A DNA stretch of 64,000 nucleotides from Balanoglossus misakiensis. Lineage: Eukaryota > Animalia > Hemichordata. Of this stretch, positions 13,297-23,928 are shown in pieces. Made by a program: the position numbers and the translations under genes. The notes under the pieces are model-generated. The model saw only the letters and a program-made list of their open reading frames with translations. It did not search any database and was not told where the DNA came from. Each line of letters opens with the position of its first letter. Positions within the stretch are counted from its first letter, which is position 1. Location: the NCBI GenBank assembly GCA_040954595.2, contig CM082594.2:8625573-8689572 (forward strand). Reading direction: 5' to 3'.

Positions 13297-14392
13297 GGTG
13301 AATTTCCGTACCTCCGAACTTGGGTAAAATTTACTAAAAGCGTTCAGTTGTTTTTATTCAGGTCAGCTGATGTACACAAAGGGCGTCGGACAATACGAAT
13401 GTCACGCACACAAAATTTGACTGAAACGGGTAAATACTGTGATCGACAAGGTAAAAGGGTACAATTTAAGCACTACAGTTTTTAAAAATACTTCTCGGGT
13501 GGCTGTACGGTCGCTGGTGCCAGGTATGCATAGATATTCGCCGCTCGATGACACTTGCGGAAGTCGATTCCGTAGAGGTCCTCCGCGCCATCAATCCCAA
13601 CCGATCGCTTGTTTACAAACTTGGAGATTTTCCACAGCTGAAGCGAATATTGGTTACGGTGACACTCAAAAACCTTTGAGAGTGGGAAGAGATGGGTTAG
13701 CACCAAAACCAAACCCTGCTTTACCCTCCGATTGATAGATTTTGCGTCAAATTCAACCTGTGATTCTCTGGACAGCTGAGTCGATCGTAGTCTAGTCCGT
13801 TGTTTTCGTTCTTGTGTACCTGGTTATTTTCAGTTACCCATAATGCCCCATCGTACCAGGCCTATACTTAGGAATAAGGTAAGGCTAAAAATAACTTTGA
13901 CATCATCGCTTTCAATTTGCAAAATGAAAAATTTCAAAAAAGTGTTATTATAATTATTTTTAAGGTAGATCCAAATGCAAGACAGTTTAGATAATTAACC
14001 TGGCTGGCTGGTGTGGTGCCGTGTCTAGGTGCCAGAACTCTTACTCTACGGTGTGTAGAGGAGAAACTCTTGAAAATTGAGCTACATATTACATAGTCCA
14101 TAAAGTTTAAAGGCAAATATTGCCCGATATCATATATATAACGAAAATGATAGTTTTAAGTTTCACATCTCCTTAGAGTAATGGGTTATTGTTAAAATTT
14201 CCCGAAATAGTACTGCGGGAATTTCCATCTTTGTGCATACGTCATGTCATCCAGTCACATGACTGTACATGTACAGTACAGCTGCATACGCGGAAGTAAA
14301 CGTGATGAAGTCGATCATTTGCGAAATGTTGCCAACAAAAATGCCTTGAATGCATGTACTCGATTGATTATAGAGACTCATAAATAAGCAAG
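13297..14392. promoter_or_regulatory. Divergent promoter region between MAF1 and SHARPIN/RBCK1, with a kappaB-consensus site GGGAATTTCC (14217-14226) and an ETS site CGGAAGT (14291-14297)
   Basis: Two ATGs face away from each other about 1.1 kb apart; CpG-richer than flanks; motifs read directly. Confidence 0.65.
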
Positions 14393-17300
14393 ATGGCTGT
14401 AGGTACTATGTTACTTTCAAAAAGGGCAAATTTGCTTCGTTTTGACCCCAACAGACAGCCGCCATGGTGTTCTTTGAACGATCCTAACGACAGAGGCAAT
14501 GATACTGTGGTGGACGTGCAGGTGTTTGAGCAACCCAATGGCAGGTTTCAAATTATAGCAAATCACGCTGTTGCGCGAACGGTAAGTATGGGTTTATATA
14601 ACAACTGTTATTTTCTAGCCCAGAGCTTTCTACAGAGCAGACCACGACTTCACAAGTGACCGTGGATGGATGCACCAATCAGATGCAGGTGGAGGTAGAC
14701 AAAAGATGACAATTAACATCAAGCAATGACTAAATGCACATTTTAGTACAATTTAAGAATTGTCAGATATTGTTTCACTTTTGAACATTTCATTTCAGAG
14801 TGTACTAAACTTCTTTCTGAATGAAGTACATTATGAAGTCAAAGAGCCAGCATGGCACGAAGTGACGGTTCATGACCAGAAGTACGCCATTCAGTTCAAT
14901 GGAGAAAGGGATGGACAAGGCTTTGCAACTATAGTACAGAACTCATTACATGAAATAAAACGAGCTGGTACAGGTTTGTAAACATACATGGACTAATTAC
15001 AATAATTTGCTTGCACTCGTGGCACAGTTACCTGGATTTACTTCAACCTGTTTATTTTTCCCAGCATGCATTTTTTCTGTTGTATCTGTTGTCAGGCTAT
15101 TCTTAACGTGTCTCACTTCCTCTAAGTACTGTTGCTTGCATGGTGCTGTTGCCCCATACAGTACTTTTGCATGCGTGACACTATTGTTCGTTTAAACTGA
15201 CAGATAACAGCACCAGATTTGGCAATGTTGGTATACCTCTTCCTGGTTTGATTTCACCAAGGACAACAAAAGAGGCTTGGTCGCCACCTGGTGGTGTGTA
15301 TAACTTCTCTTTCTGTCTCTGTCTCAACTATTACAACTATTAAATGGTCAATTTTTAAACCAGTGTTGACTCATAAACCCACACAAGCAGAAGTTAGTTA
15401 CAATGTAAGTTTGTGCTATCATGTGTGGTAAGCCCCTCATCACAAAAATACCATTTTCTCATTTGTCAGGTTTCAGAATGACCTCTTTTCCATTTCTGTT
15501 CAGGAATTTCTCAACCTGGAATGGTCAAAGCTGGTACACTTCCTGCAAGTCGATCTGTTGTGTCTGGCAGACCGTCACAAATCAGTACAACAAGGAGACC
15601 AGCTGATTTTTCCAAAGGTACATACATGTATAGATGTTTTGGGGATCTTTCAGCGTTCTTCCAGAATAACAAAATTGATAGTTGGGAATGTGTTAGAATT
15701 TGTGGGACTGGACCCAAATTTGTGGTGAAAAGGTGACATACTTTCAAGACCGGTAATAATACTAATCACCAACAAATGCTTTCTTTTGATTTTGTGAAGT
15801 TCCGTCGCACGATGAGTTAATGCTGGCCATTGCACGTGGTGATGTCAACGCTGCCAAGACAATCGCTGCAATGTTAGCCGAAAACAAGACACAGTTACAC
15901 ATCAGTCCATCTGCAAATGCAAGACCCTCACGCTTTGATCAGGGACAACCAACTATCAGGTGAAATTCTTGGATTGCTCAGCCTATATTTAACCTTCCAA
16001 ACTTGCTGAACCTCAGAAACAATTTCTGTCTGGGTAGATGTACGTAAATAGGTTATTATGAGAGACAAGAAAATTGTTTTAGGAATGCTGATAACACTCC
16101 TGCTATCCATTTAAATTTTTCATTCATATACAGAGGGGAATCCCAGTAATGTATACCCGGACACCGCCCTACAAATACACAGGTGCATCAGTAGCTTAAT
16201 ATAGAGTCACACACAAAAGAGTGGGTGGGCCTTTAAGAGTACAAGTTAACGATTTTTATTTACCGTATATGGCTCTTTTTTTATTCAGTATACGTGTGCA
16301 CATTGAAGATAAATTTACGTCTGGAGGAAGAATTCCACTGAAGGTGAAACCAACAATGACAATTGCTGAACTCAAGAGAGAGGTCAGTAAATACATGTTT
16401 TGATAAATGTGACCATTTTGCTTTGAAACATATTGTCATTACTTGCTACAGTATTGCAGGCATGCCAGTATTGTCACCTCTGACCTGTTACCTTTGACCT
16501 TTTCTTCGCAGATAAGTGACAAGTACTCATTCCCTGAAGCAGTGCAGCAATGGATTGTGGGTAAAAGGCTTGCGAAGGACGTCGACACCCTCGTAGGACT
16601 GGGAGTGGCCTCTGGATCTTCAGTCTACCTTTATCTGATGTCTGCCGACTCTGTTGGACTTACGAAAGAACGTTACGAAAACGAGAAACTTGCCCGGCTG
16701 TACCCAAATCAGAACCAGGGGAATCGGCAAGCTCAGAATGGACAGGGTTCTGACATTGGTGCAGTTGGAGGACAAACCATGCCCAGACAACAACAAGCTG
16801 GTATGGTGTATAATGTACTACCTGGCGATGAGAGAATAGAAACTGCAAGACCAAATCAAATGGGTAAGTGTTAAATTAATGAGGCTTCACTCCATCATTT
16901 GCAACTGTGTTTTATGTGTGCACATTATACGGATGTGGAAGTTAGAGCAAGTGGGGCTTTGATATGTTTTGGAGGTCAGTGTCCTGATACTAGTTTGTTA
17001 TGATTTTTGTTTAGCTGCTACCCACGCTGGTGTCATTAGAGATCTGGATGATTATCATGAAGAAGTGACCAGACGACCTACTCAACCTCCACCGCCACCA
17101 CCAACAAGGCAACAACAACAACAACAGCACCAACCACTGCAAAGACAACCCAGCAGAGGGGTTAGTATCAATCTTGCAATCAACCATTGTTATTTTCTTG
17201 AATAATTTTCATCATAGATGTCTGTTGACAATACCTGAACATTTTACTGTGTTCAGATTGGTTGAAATATGATTTTTTTTCTTTGATGTGTATATAATTA

Positions 17301-20183
17301 GTAGGCGTTTAAAATGTTGCTTGGTGTATTTTTTTTCCTATCAGGTTGGTTGGGAGTGTCCCGTTTGCACGTTTATAAATGAACCCACTCGACCAGGCTG
17401 TGAAATCTGCAGCGCAAGTAAACCTGAAGATTTTGTGCTGCCTGAAAACTACCAACCAAGTGAGAGAGAAAAGGAACGCCTAAATGAAGAGGCCCGCAAC
17501 AGAGAACTACTGCAGCAAGTAAGTGAAAAAAAAATTATAAACCCGTGTTTGACACACGAATCAGAATTGACAGATCAAGATCGTTGTGATTGGCTTAGCT
17601 GAAACATGTGACCCTAAGCTGACTGATCACAAAAAAAAACCACATTATTGGTGAGCCCAGGAACATGTATAACAACAACCAGTACATCAACATCCAGGCT
17701 TTGAGCATTTGTATGCATATTCCAGAGCCTGAGCCATCCATGATAGGTAACCTTCGTAGGTTTTTGCTTTCCTGCTGAGAGACTGTTAGGCAAATTTAAT
17801 ACCATTAGAGAAAAACTATTGAATGATTGTCATGTCTTCCTAATGTTCTCTCTCTTTCTCCTTTCGTTCTGCCGCAGGCGGAGGAGGAGGAACGAAAGAA
17901 GAGAACGGAAGCCATGGCTCGCTTGATTGGTGCAATTAGAGAAAATGCTGATGTGTTTGATATCAATGATGATGAGGACGAGGATGATGATGTACAAATA
18001 CTACATGAACGCCAAAATGACTCTGATGAGGAAAACTTTAGACTGTAAAACAATCATTGCACTATTGGATGGGCCGTGACAACTTAATTATGTAGCAGGG
18101 CATATTCCTGTCAGATTAAAAAAAATTCAGTAGGAAACAAAAGCCTGCAAAGAAAAAGAAAAAAAATGATTAAAGAATAGCATAATTGTTATATCATGTC
18201 CAAGATTGAGTCCTTTAAGAAATAAATATTATTTTTTGTGTATTTCCTTTTTTTTCGTTTCAATATATATCTTTACTCTTTGCTCTGTGGCCCATGTTGT
18301 TTCATTTGGGCCAGAAAGATCCTTTTGAGAGGGTCTGAGAAGATCTCTATTTCTGTGATTTCAGTGAATATTACGCAAGTATTTTTGCTCTGTCATGTGA
18401 GATTCATCTGAGCCATCAGTGGGCGATGAAAATAAAGTGAGAAATTAAATTAAGGAAAATCAAGTTGTGACTTGCTTTATTCTGTCGTGAATAACATCAA
18501 TGTTTTATTTCTGAGACCTGGTCCCCCTATTCGCTAGTATATTATTCCAATCATAACAGTTCAACCCAAGGAGATCAAACCAATTTGTTGGGATGGAAGG
18601 GGAAAGACAACAAGTAATAAAAATTTGTGGATGAATTCCGTCACCAGGCGCAGGAAATGGAAGAACAGGTGAGACTACAGCAACGTCAGGCCAACTTTGC
18701 TCGGCTGATGGCAGCGGCTGAAGACCAGGCCTTGATTCCCAATCAAGAAGAATTTGATTGTTTGATCTGCTTTGTACCAATTGATCCTGGGGAGGGCGTC
18801 ATACTCAGAAATTGTCTCCATTCATTCTGTCGGTAAGTTCATCTTGCCCCTGAGAAATTACCTGGGTGTTAAAAGATGCAGTACAGTACAGTAGAGTACA
18901 GTGCAGTATAATACAATACGATTCAATACAATACAATACAAAGAAAATCAAAATTTATTTTTCTAATCCAGGCAATGAGCTGTGTAGCTAAGACATAAAC
19001 AATACATCAGTCTGATATACATGACATTTAAATACACCCAGTATACATAGACTTGCCAGATTTCTCCAGCGCTAAACAGCTGATCTTTGTGCATAAACAG
19101 GGATTGTTTAAGAGATCACATCAACCTGAATGAAGAGGCGGCTGTGATGTGTCCATTCCAAGATGATGTCTATTCATGTCAGTCGTCCATTGCTGACAGA
19201 GAAGTCAATGCAGTAAGTGTTTTTAACCCTTTCACCACCATGTTTTGGACCAGATCCATTGTTTTCTATGGTGAAGTTCTTTACCAATCACGACAGTTTC
19301 ACTCATCTTTCTGTCTCCTTCCTACCAGTTGGTGTCTCCAGAGCAGTTTCAGAAATACCTGCAGCGAAGCCTTCACACAGCTGAAAACATGGCCGCCGAT
19401 AGCTACCACTGCAAGACGCCAGATTGCCAAGGGTGGTGTTACTACGACGACAATAATAATTCCTTTGACTGCATGATATGCCATAAACGGAACTGTTTGA
19501 CGTGCAAAGCCATCCACGAAGGGTTAGATTGCAAGCAGTACCAGGATGATTTGAAACGCCGGGCTGAAAATGATATTGCTGCAAAACAGACCAAGGAAAT
19601 GCTAGAGGTACTGTTGTGTTCGTGTATTTATAGATTAACATGTGTAAAAATGTGATAAACTTGCCGACCAACAAAAACTTCAGTTGTACGTGTAATGTGT
19701 TCAGTGTTCTATTCATATACATCAAACAATTTCCTCTGGTTTTTTAATCCTTCACAGCAACTGGTAGCGGACGGAGAAGCCATGGAATGTCCGCGCTGCA
19801 GAATCATCTTACAGAAGAAGGAAGGCTGTGATTGGCTGCGATGTACCATGTGTAAACTTGAAATCTGTTGGGTGACTAAGGGGCCGCGGTGGGGTGAAGG
19901 GGTAAGAAGCTTTTTAAGTATTCATTCAGTATGATGCAATATCTGATTTTTTCGTAAATAACATCTTGGATGCTTGTAAGTGAAACCTAAAAGAAGATAC
20001 GAAAAATGACGTGATTGTCATGTAACAATGTCTAATCTATTCATTTCTGATGTAATTTTGATGTCACCCTTCATAATTTCTGTGTTTTGAATTATTTCAC
20101 AGGGACAGGGAGATGTGAGCGGCGGATGTCGTTGCCGGGTCAACGGGATGAAATGTCACCCAAACTGCAGAAACTGTCACTGA
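14393..20183 (+). CDS. RBCK1: SHARPIN/HOIL-1L (RBCK1)-like LUBAC subunit, long form about 732 aa: PH - LTM - UBL - NZF - RING1-IBR-RING2
   Basis: Exons 14393-14581, 14799-14967, 15504-15617, 15800-15959, 16289-16382, 16512-16863, 17015-17160, 17345-17518, 18648-18832, 19101-19212, 19329-19607, 19758-19901, 20103-20183, all phase-compatible. SHARPIN-type PH ([16 protein letters not shown]...[16 protein letters not shown]), LTM ([24 protein letters not shown]), UBL (IRVHIED...[10 protein letters not shown]...YLYLMSA), NZF ([21 protein letters not shown]), RING2 active site [12 protein letters not shown]-1-type end [21 protein letters not shown]. Confidence 0.92.
17878..18048 (+). CDS. Putative alternative terminal exon giving an RBR-less, SHARPIN-like isoform (about 522 aa)
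   Basis: Long polypyrimidine tract plus CAG ending at 17877, phase 0 matching the NZF exon donor (17518), 56 open codons [23 protein letters not shown]...EENFRL*, then AATAAA at 18221 and 18431, upstream of the RING1 exon. Confidence 0.65.
   Translation, partial: AEEEERKKRTEAMARLIGAIRENADVFDINDDEDEDDDVQILHERQNDSDEENFRL
18880..18940. repeat. Degenerate pentanucleotide repeat (AGTAC grading into AATAC) in an RBCK1 intron
   Basis: Direct read of sequence. Confidence 0.85.
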
Positions 20184-20699
20184 AAATGGAAATGGATGAA
20201 CTAAAGTTCTTTGGTAACAAAATTTTGACTAATTTCTCATATCACAAAAGTGCAATTCATATTTGAGGCAGAGATGACAACGTTTGTGATTTGTTTCCCA
20301 ATACTTTCATAGAAAAGTTATATTGTGTGTGTGTTCAGTTCAGCATGGAATGATCTCAGTTGTGCTCAAGCAGAATTCATTGGTGCTTCTTTGTCTCGTG
20401 GATGGTACTCTATCTCCTGACATTGTTACATCTGGAAGATATATGTCTTTTATACTTTACTGATATATTACTAATTCAAGTAAGAATAGAGTTGGAATTC
20501 CCGGAAAGTTAAATTTATCCCTTAATGAACATCACAGAAAATTGATTAAGTCACTTATGTTGAACTAATCGTAAATTTTTTCATAGTCATTTGATTTTTT
20601 CCAGTCTCATTCCTTTGATTTATCTTGAAGAAATTGCAAATATTCTTGCTCTTATCAATGTTTAGTGTTAGATTGATGAAATAAAGAAGACATTGATCC

Positions 20700-23200
20700 A
20701 AAGTATGAATGCTGGGTATTTCTTTTCACATAGTGGCATCATTTTGGCCGACTTGCTTTTGCATCTGATTTTTTTTCCAGTTGTCAACAAAATGTGACCT
20801 TTCACCTCAGGTAAACTTTGAAACCTGTTCCAAGAATCCCCTCTATTTAACAATCTGAATTTTGATATTAGCCTGGGCATCGAATGCCATGCTTGTACTT
20901 TTTGTCATGTGACACGCCCTCTAACCAGTACCATCATGTTCCATGGTTCCCAGCCGCTTCTGGACTGTGAGGGCGGTATCACACATGGCCAATATTGTGG
21001 TGGAGTTCACCAATCGATCGTGCCTCAGTAGACAATAGCAACAATTGATCGGTTGCGAGGATAGCAAAGGCTTGACGCGACACACAAAACCAAACAGTGC
21101 TAATTTCGATTTTTGCCTTCTTAATTTAGGTAGAGAGTGTTCAGATAAACGCAGACAATGACTGATATTGAAAAGCGATATAGGTGGATTGATGTTCTTG
21201 GTAATGGACAATTTGAGATCAGTGGCTGGTACATGTGTTAACCAGCATCCGGGAGCACTCCAGCTCACCGCTGCCAAAACTGGCTTATACAGGTCTGCTC
21301 AACCAATTCAAACAAAAGCTGGTGTTTTGTTCGATTTCATCCCCAGTGTTGTCTCTGAAAAAATTCCTTGAATTATAGATAGCACAGCATGAACTTGACC
21401 CCCAAAAGAAGTTTCAAGATATGTCAAGTTTTTTTGCGCTTAGAAGTACGTGTACACTAGAGAGAAAGTTGCCTTAAGACGGCTCCTGTACACTGTTCTT
21501 TATAACAATATTCCTTCAGCCATGCCAGGCTTTGACCAGGCAGTTTGAAGCTGTAATTAAGGACCAGAAGAGAAAATGAACATTTATTGTTGCTGTATTC
21601 CGCTAGGCGGTGCTTATTTGTGTCACGGATGGGCGTTTATTATACACTCTGGTTCGAGAACAACAGAATAACATAACGCCGTCCCATTGGTGTTCATATC
21701 AAATCAACAGAGAACAACTGTCCGACTTCTTTTTTCCCCTTTCTCCTCGTGATCTCGATAACCCCTGACTTGAAGACACACAAGGCGGTCAAAGAAACTC
21801 AGCCAGTGCGAAGCAGAGGACCCTTCTCCTTTGTGCCAGTGACCATGACAACCGGGCGTTCGCCTATAAACAACGTACAAAGGCTGGTATAACGGATTCA
21901 GGCGAGAATGGGTATTGTGCTGGTATCATTTGTTTGACAATAGCTCCTTTCGACGTCAGCTCACAAAGAGCCATGTTTTTATTTACCGGCGATCAACATG
22001 GAAGGAACCAAAAGACACCAAGGGGTGATGACCAACAAGTACAGTAAAACGAAGCACAATTTTTTTGACTTTGTACTCATTGGTAAGTTTCTAGAATTGT
22101 GAATTCAAGCGTCTTGTAGATTACAGGTATCAACTTCCCCCTATTTGTCTGCAAACGACGAATCCCAAGCTCACTGAAACATAGACGCCCCTCTCTTAAA
22201 CAGAATGATGTCAGCCAACGAACGAATTGGACCGAACTTCGACGTAGCTTGTCTGTAGGAATGTGCAAAAAGTTGATGTCATCGTAGTCCCCATATAACA
22301 CGCTGTGTGTAATGTTTCAGGAGTTGAAATCGACATGAGTCCGATTACCCAGTAATGAGAACGTACTACTCTAACTTGATTGGTCTCCAAAGGTATGTTC
22401 AAGCATTTTGTTCATAGGATATTCACTGTCTGACTTCACTTGCTTGTGCTGCAGTCCAGCCTGTACCTGACACCTTTAGTGCATGTATTGTAATGCTTTA
22501 CGACGATTTTTAAGGTCGCCGACATTACTTATTGTAATCATCGCCCGCGTTCTTCTGGATACCGCTACTATTCAATACACAGTGAAAGTTCTAAGACACC
22601 AGCGACTGCGGCAGCTAATATAAATACATTTGCGGAATGCACATTTCTTGTAATGATTCAATTGTATGATTTCATTTTTCGCTGTAAGCAATCTAATTGT
22701 CATTTTCCTTTTGATACATTTTATAACTTTATCAATATGTCATTACTGTGGCGTCGCGTGATATTCTACCATAATCACTTCGATATTTATTGGCCATTTT
22801 TTTCTTTCGAATCAATTTCTCATAACCATTCCGGAATGAATGTATCATTGATTTGGTCATTTCCTCGTTTGTTGTACTATTTCCTCCCATTCTGACATCT
22901 AATTCATCGAATATCGCGTTCCTGAGAAAGCAAATCGTCGCGCACATTAATATCATCAGTGAGACCCCTTTTTCCATTTCTCCATCATCAACACATTTCA
23001 TTTAATTGCTGGAATCACACACATCCCAGCGGGTCTCATCTCCGAAACCGAACTGTCAAGACTTTGTCAGGCCACGACGTTAGCCTCAACGTTGTAGTTA
23101 ATGAGAGCAGGGCCGCATCCAGTGTACAATGGACAAGCACATCGCGGCTACACTCGTGCTTTAGAAACCGACGACCGACGTGACCCCAAAATGCATAAAT
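20700..23200 (-). pseudogene. Possible heavily decayed Roc-COR (ROCO) gene relic
   Basis: Frameshifted motif remnants in Roc-COR order: G*TS..LTKSL (about 23055-23090), KCIYI (about 22620), VIG/THVD (22329-22348), RWL (about 22215), VITPWCL (about 22030), AVSWS (about 21270), WLEGV...IRCP (about 20875-20930). Eye match only. Confidence 0.3.
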
Positions 23201-23928
23201 CAAAAGGCCAAACAAAATATCGGCACTGGTGCGACAAAGAGAATCTTTGGACAGGTCTTTTACTATCATTTCAACAGAGTGAATGCATTTGGCGTGTCAT
23301 GGACCAGCCTCTTGAAATCACATTAATGAGCAAAAACAAACTTCGTCGGTGAAAGAAAGAAAGGATATTAAAGTTGTATTAGGTGATAATGAAATATTAA
23401 ATTTATACCAAATATGGGGATATGAAAAGGAAATTAATGCAGCCAGCTTCGGTCATTAATTTAGAAAATCTGACGTACAACTGCAAACCTTGTCTAGGTT
23501 GCAAAACGACAATAATCGTTTGCATAAAGTGTGTCGTTTAACGTGAACTTCAAACTTATAGTGGGAATTGATGGCAATGGGTCGTGATATTTGGGAGAGA
23601 GTCAAACGTTGATTTGGAGATTTGAAGAAAACGTCATGGATTCATATTTGCATTGCAAATGAGGTTGCTACAGGGTCACGCACGTCATTGCGCTTTCACC
23701 TGGTTGTGCGGGACAGGCGCACAGAAAGAAGTACGGGACTTTTAAACAAGTCTTACACACGTATAAAAATGATGACAACTCCTCGCTCTCGTTGTTTACA
23801 GACGCGAAATGTGACTACCTGATTCTATCTGCCTGGATCGATCACTATGCGGAGAGTACTCAACGTGGCACAGTGCAATAGTTTTCTCAAGGCAAACTCG
23901 GTTCACCCAAGATGTCGTCTGTCTAACA

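Noticed and set aside
13439-13735. 98-aa ORF between MAF1 and SHARPIN/RBCK1
   Set aside because: Non-ATG start, no domain, within promoter or 5' UTR sequence.
20498-20506. Perfect STAT site TTCCCGGAA
   Set aside because: Single short motif in a probable 3' UTR with no supporting context.
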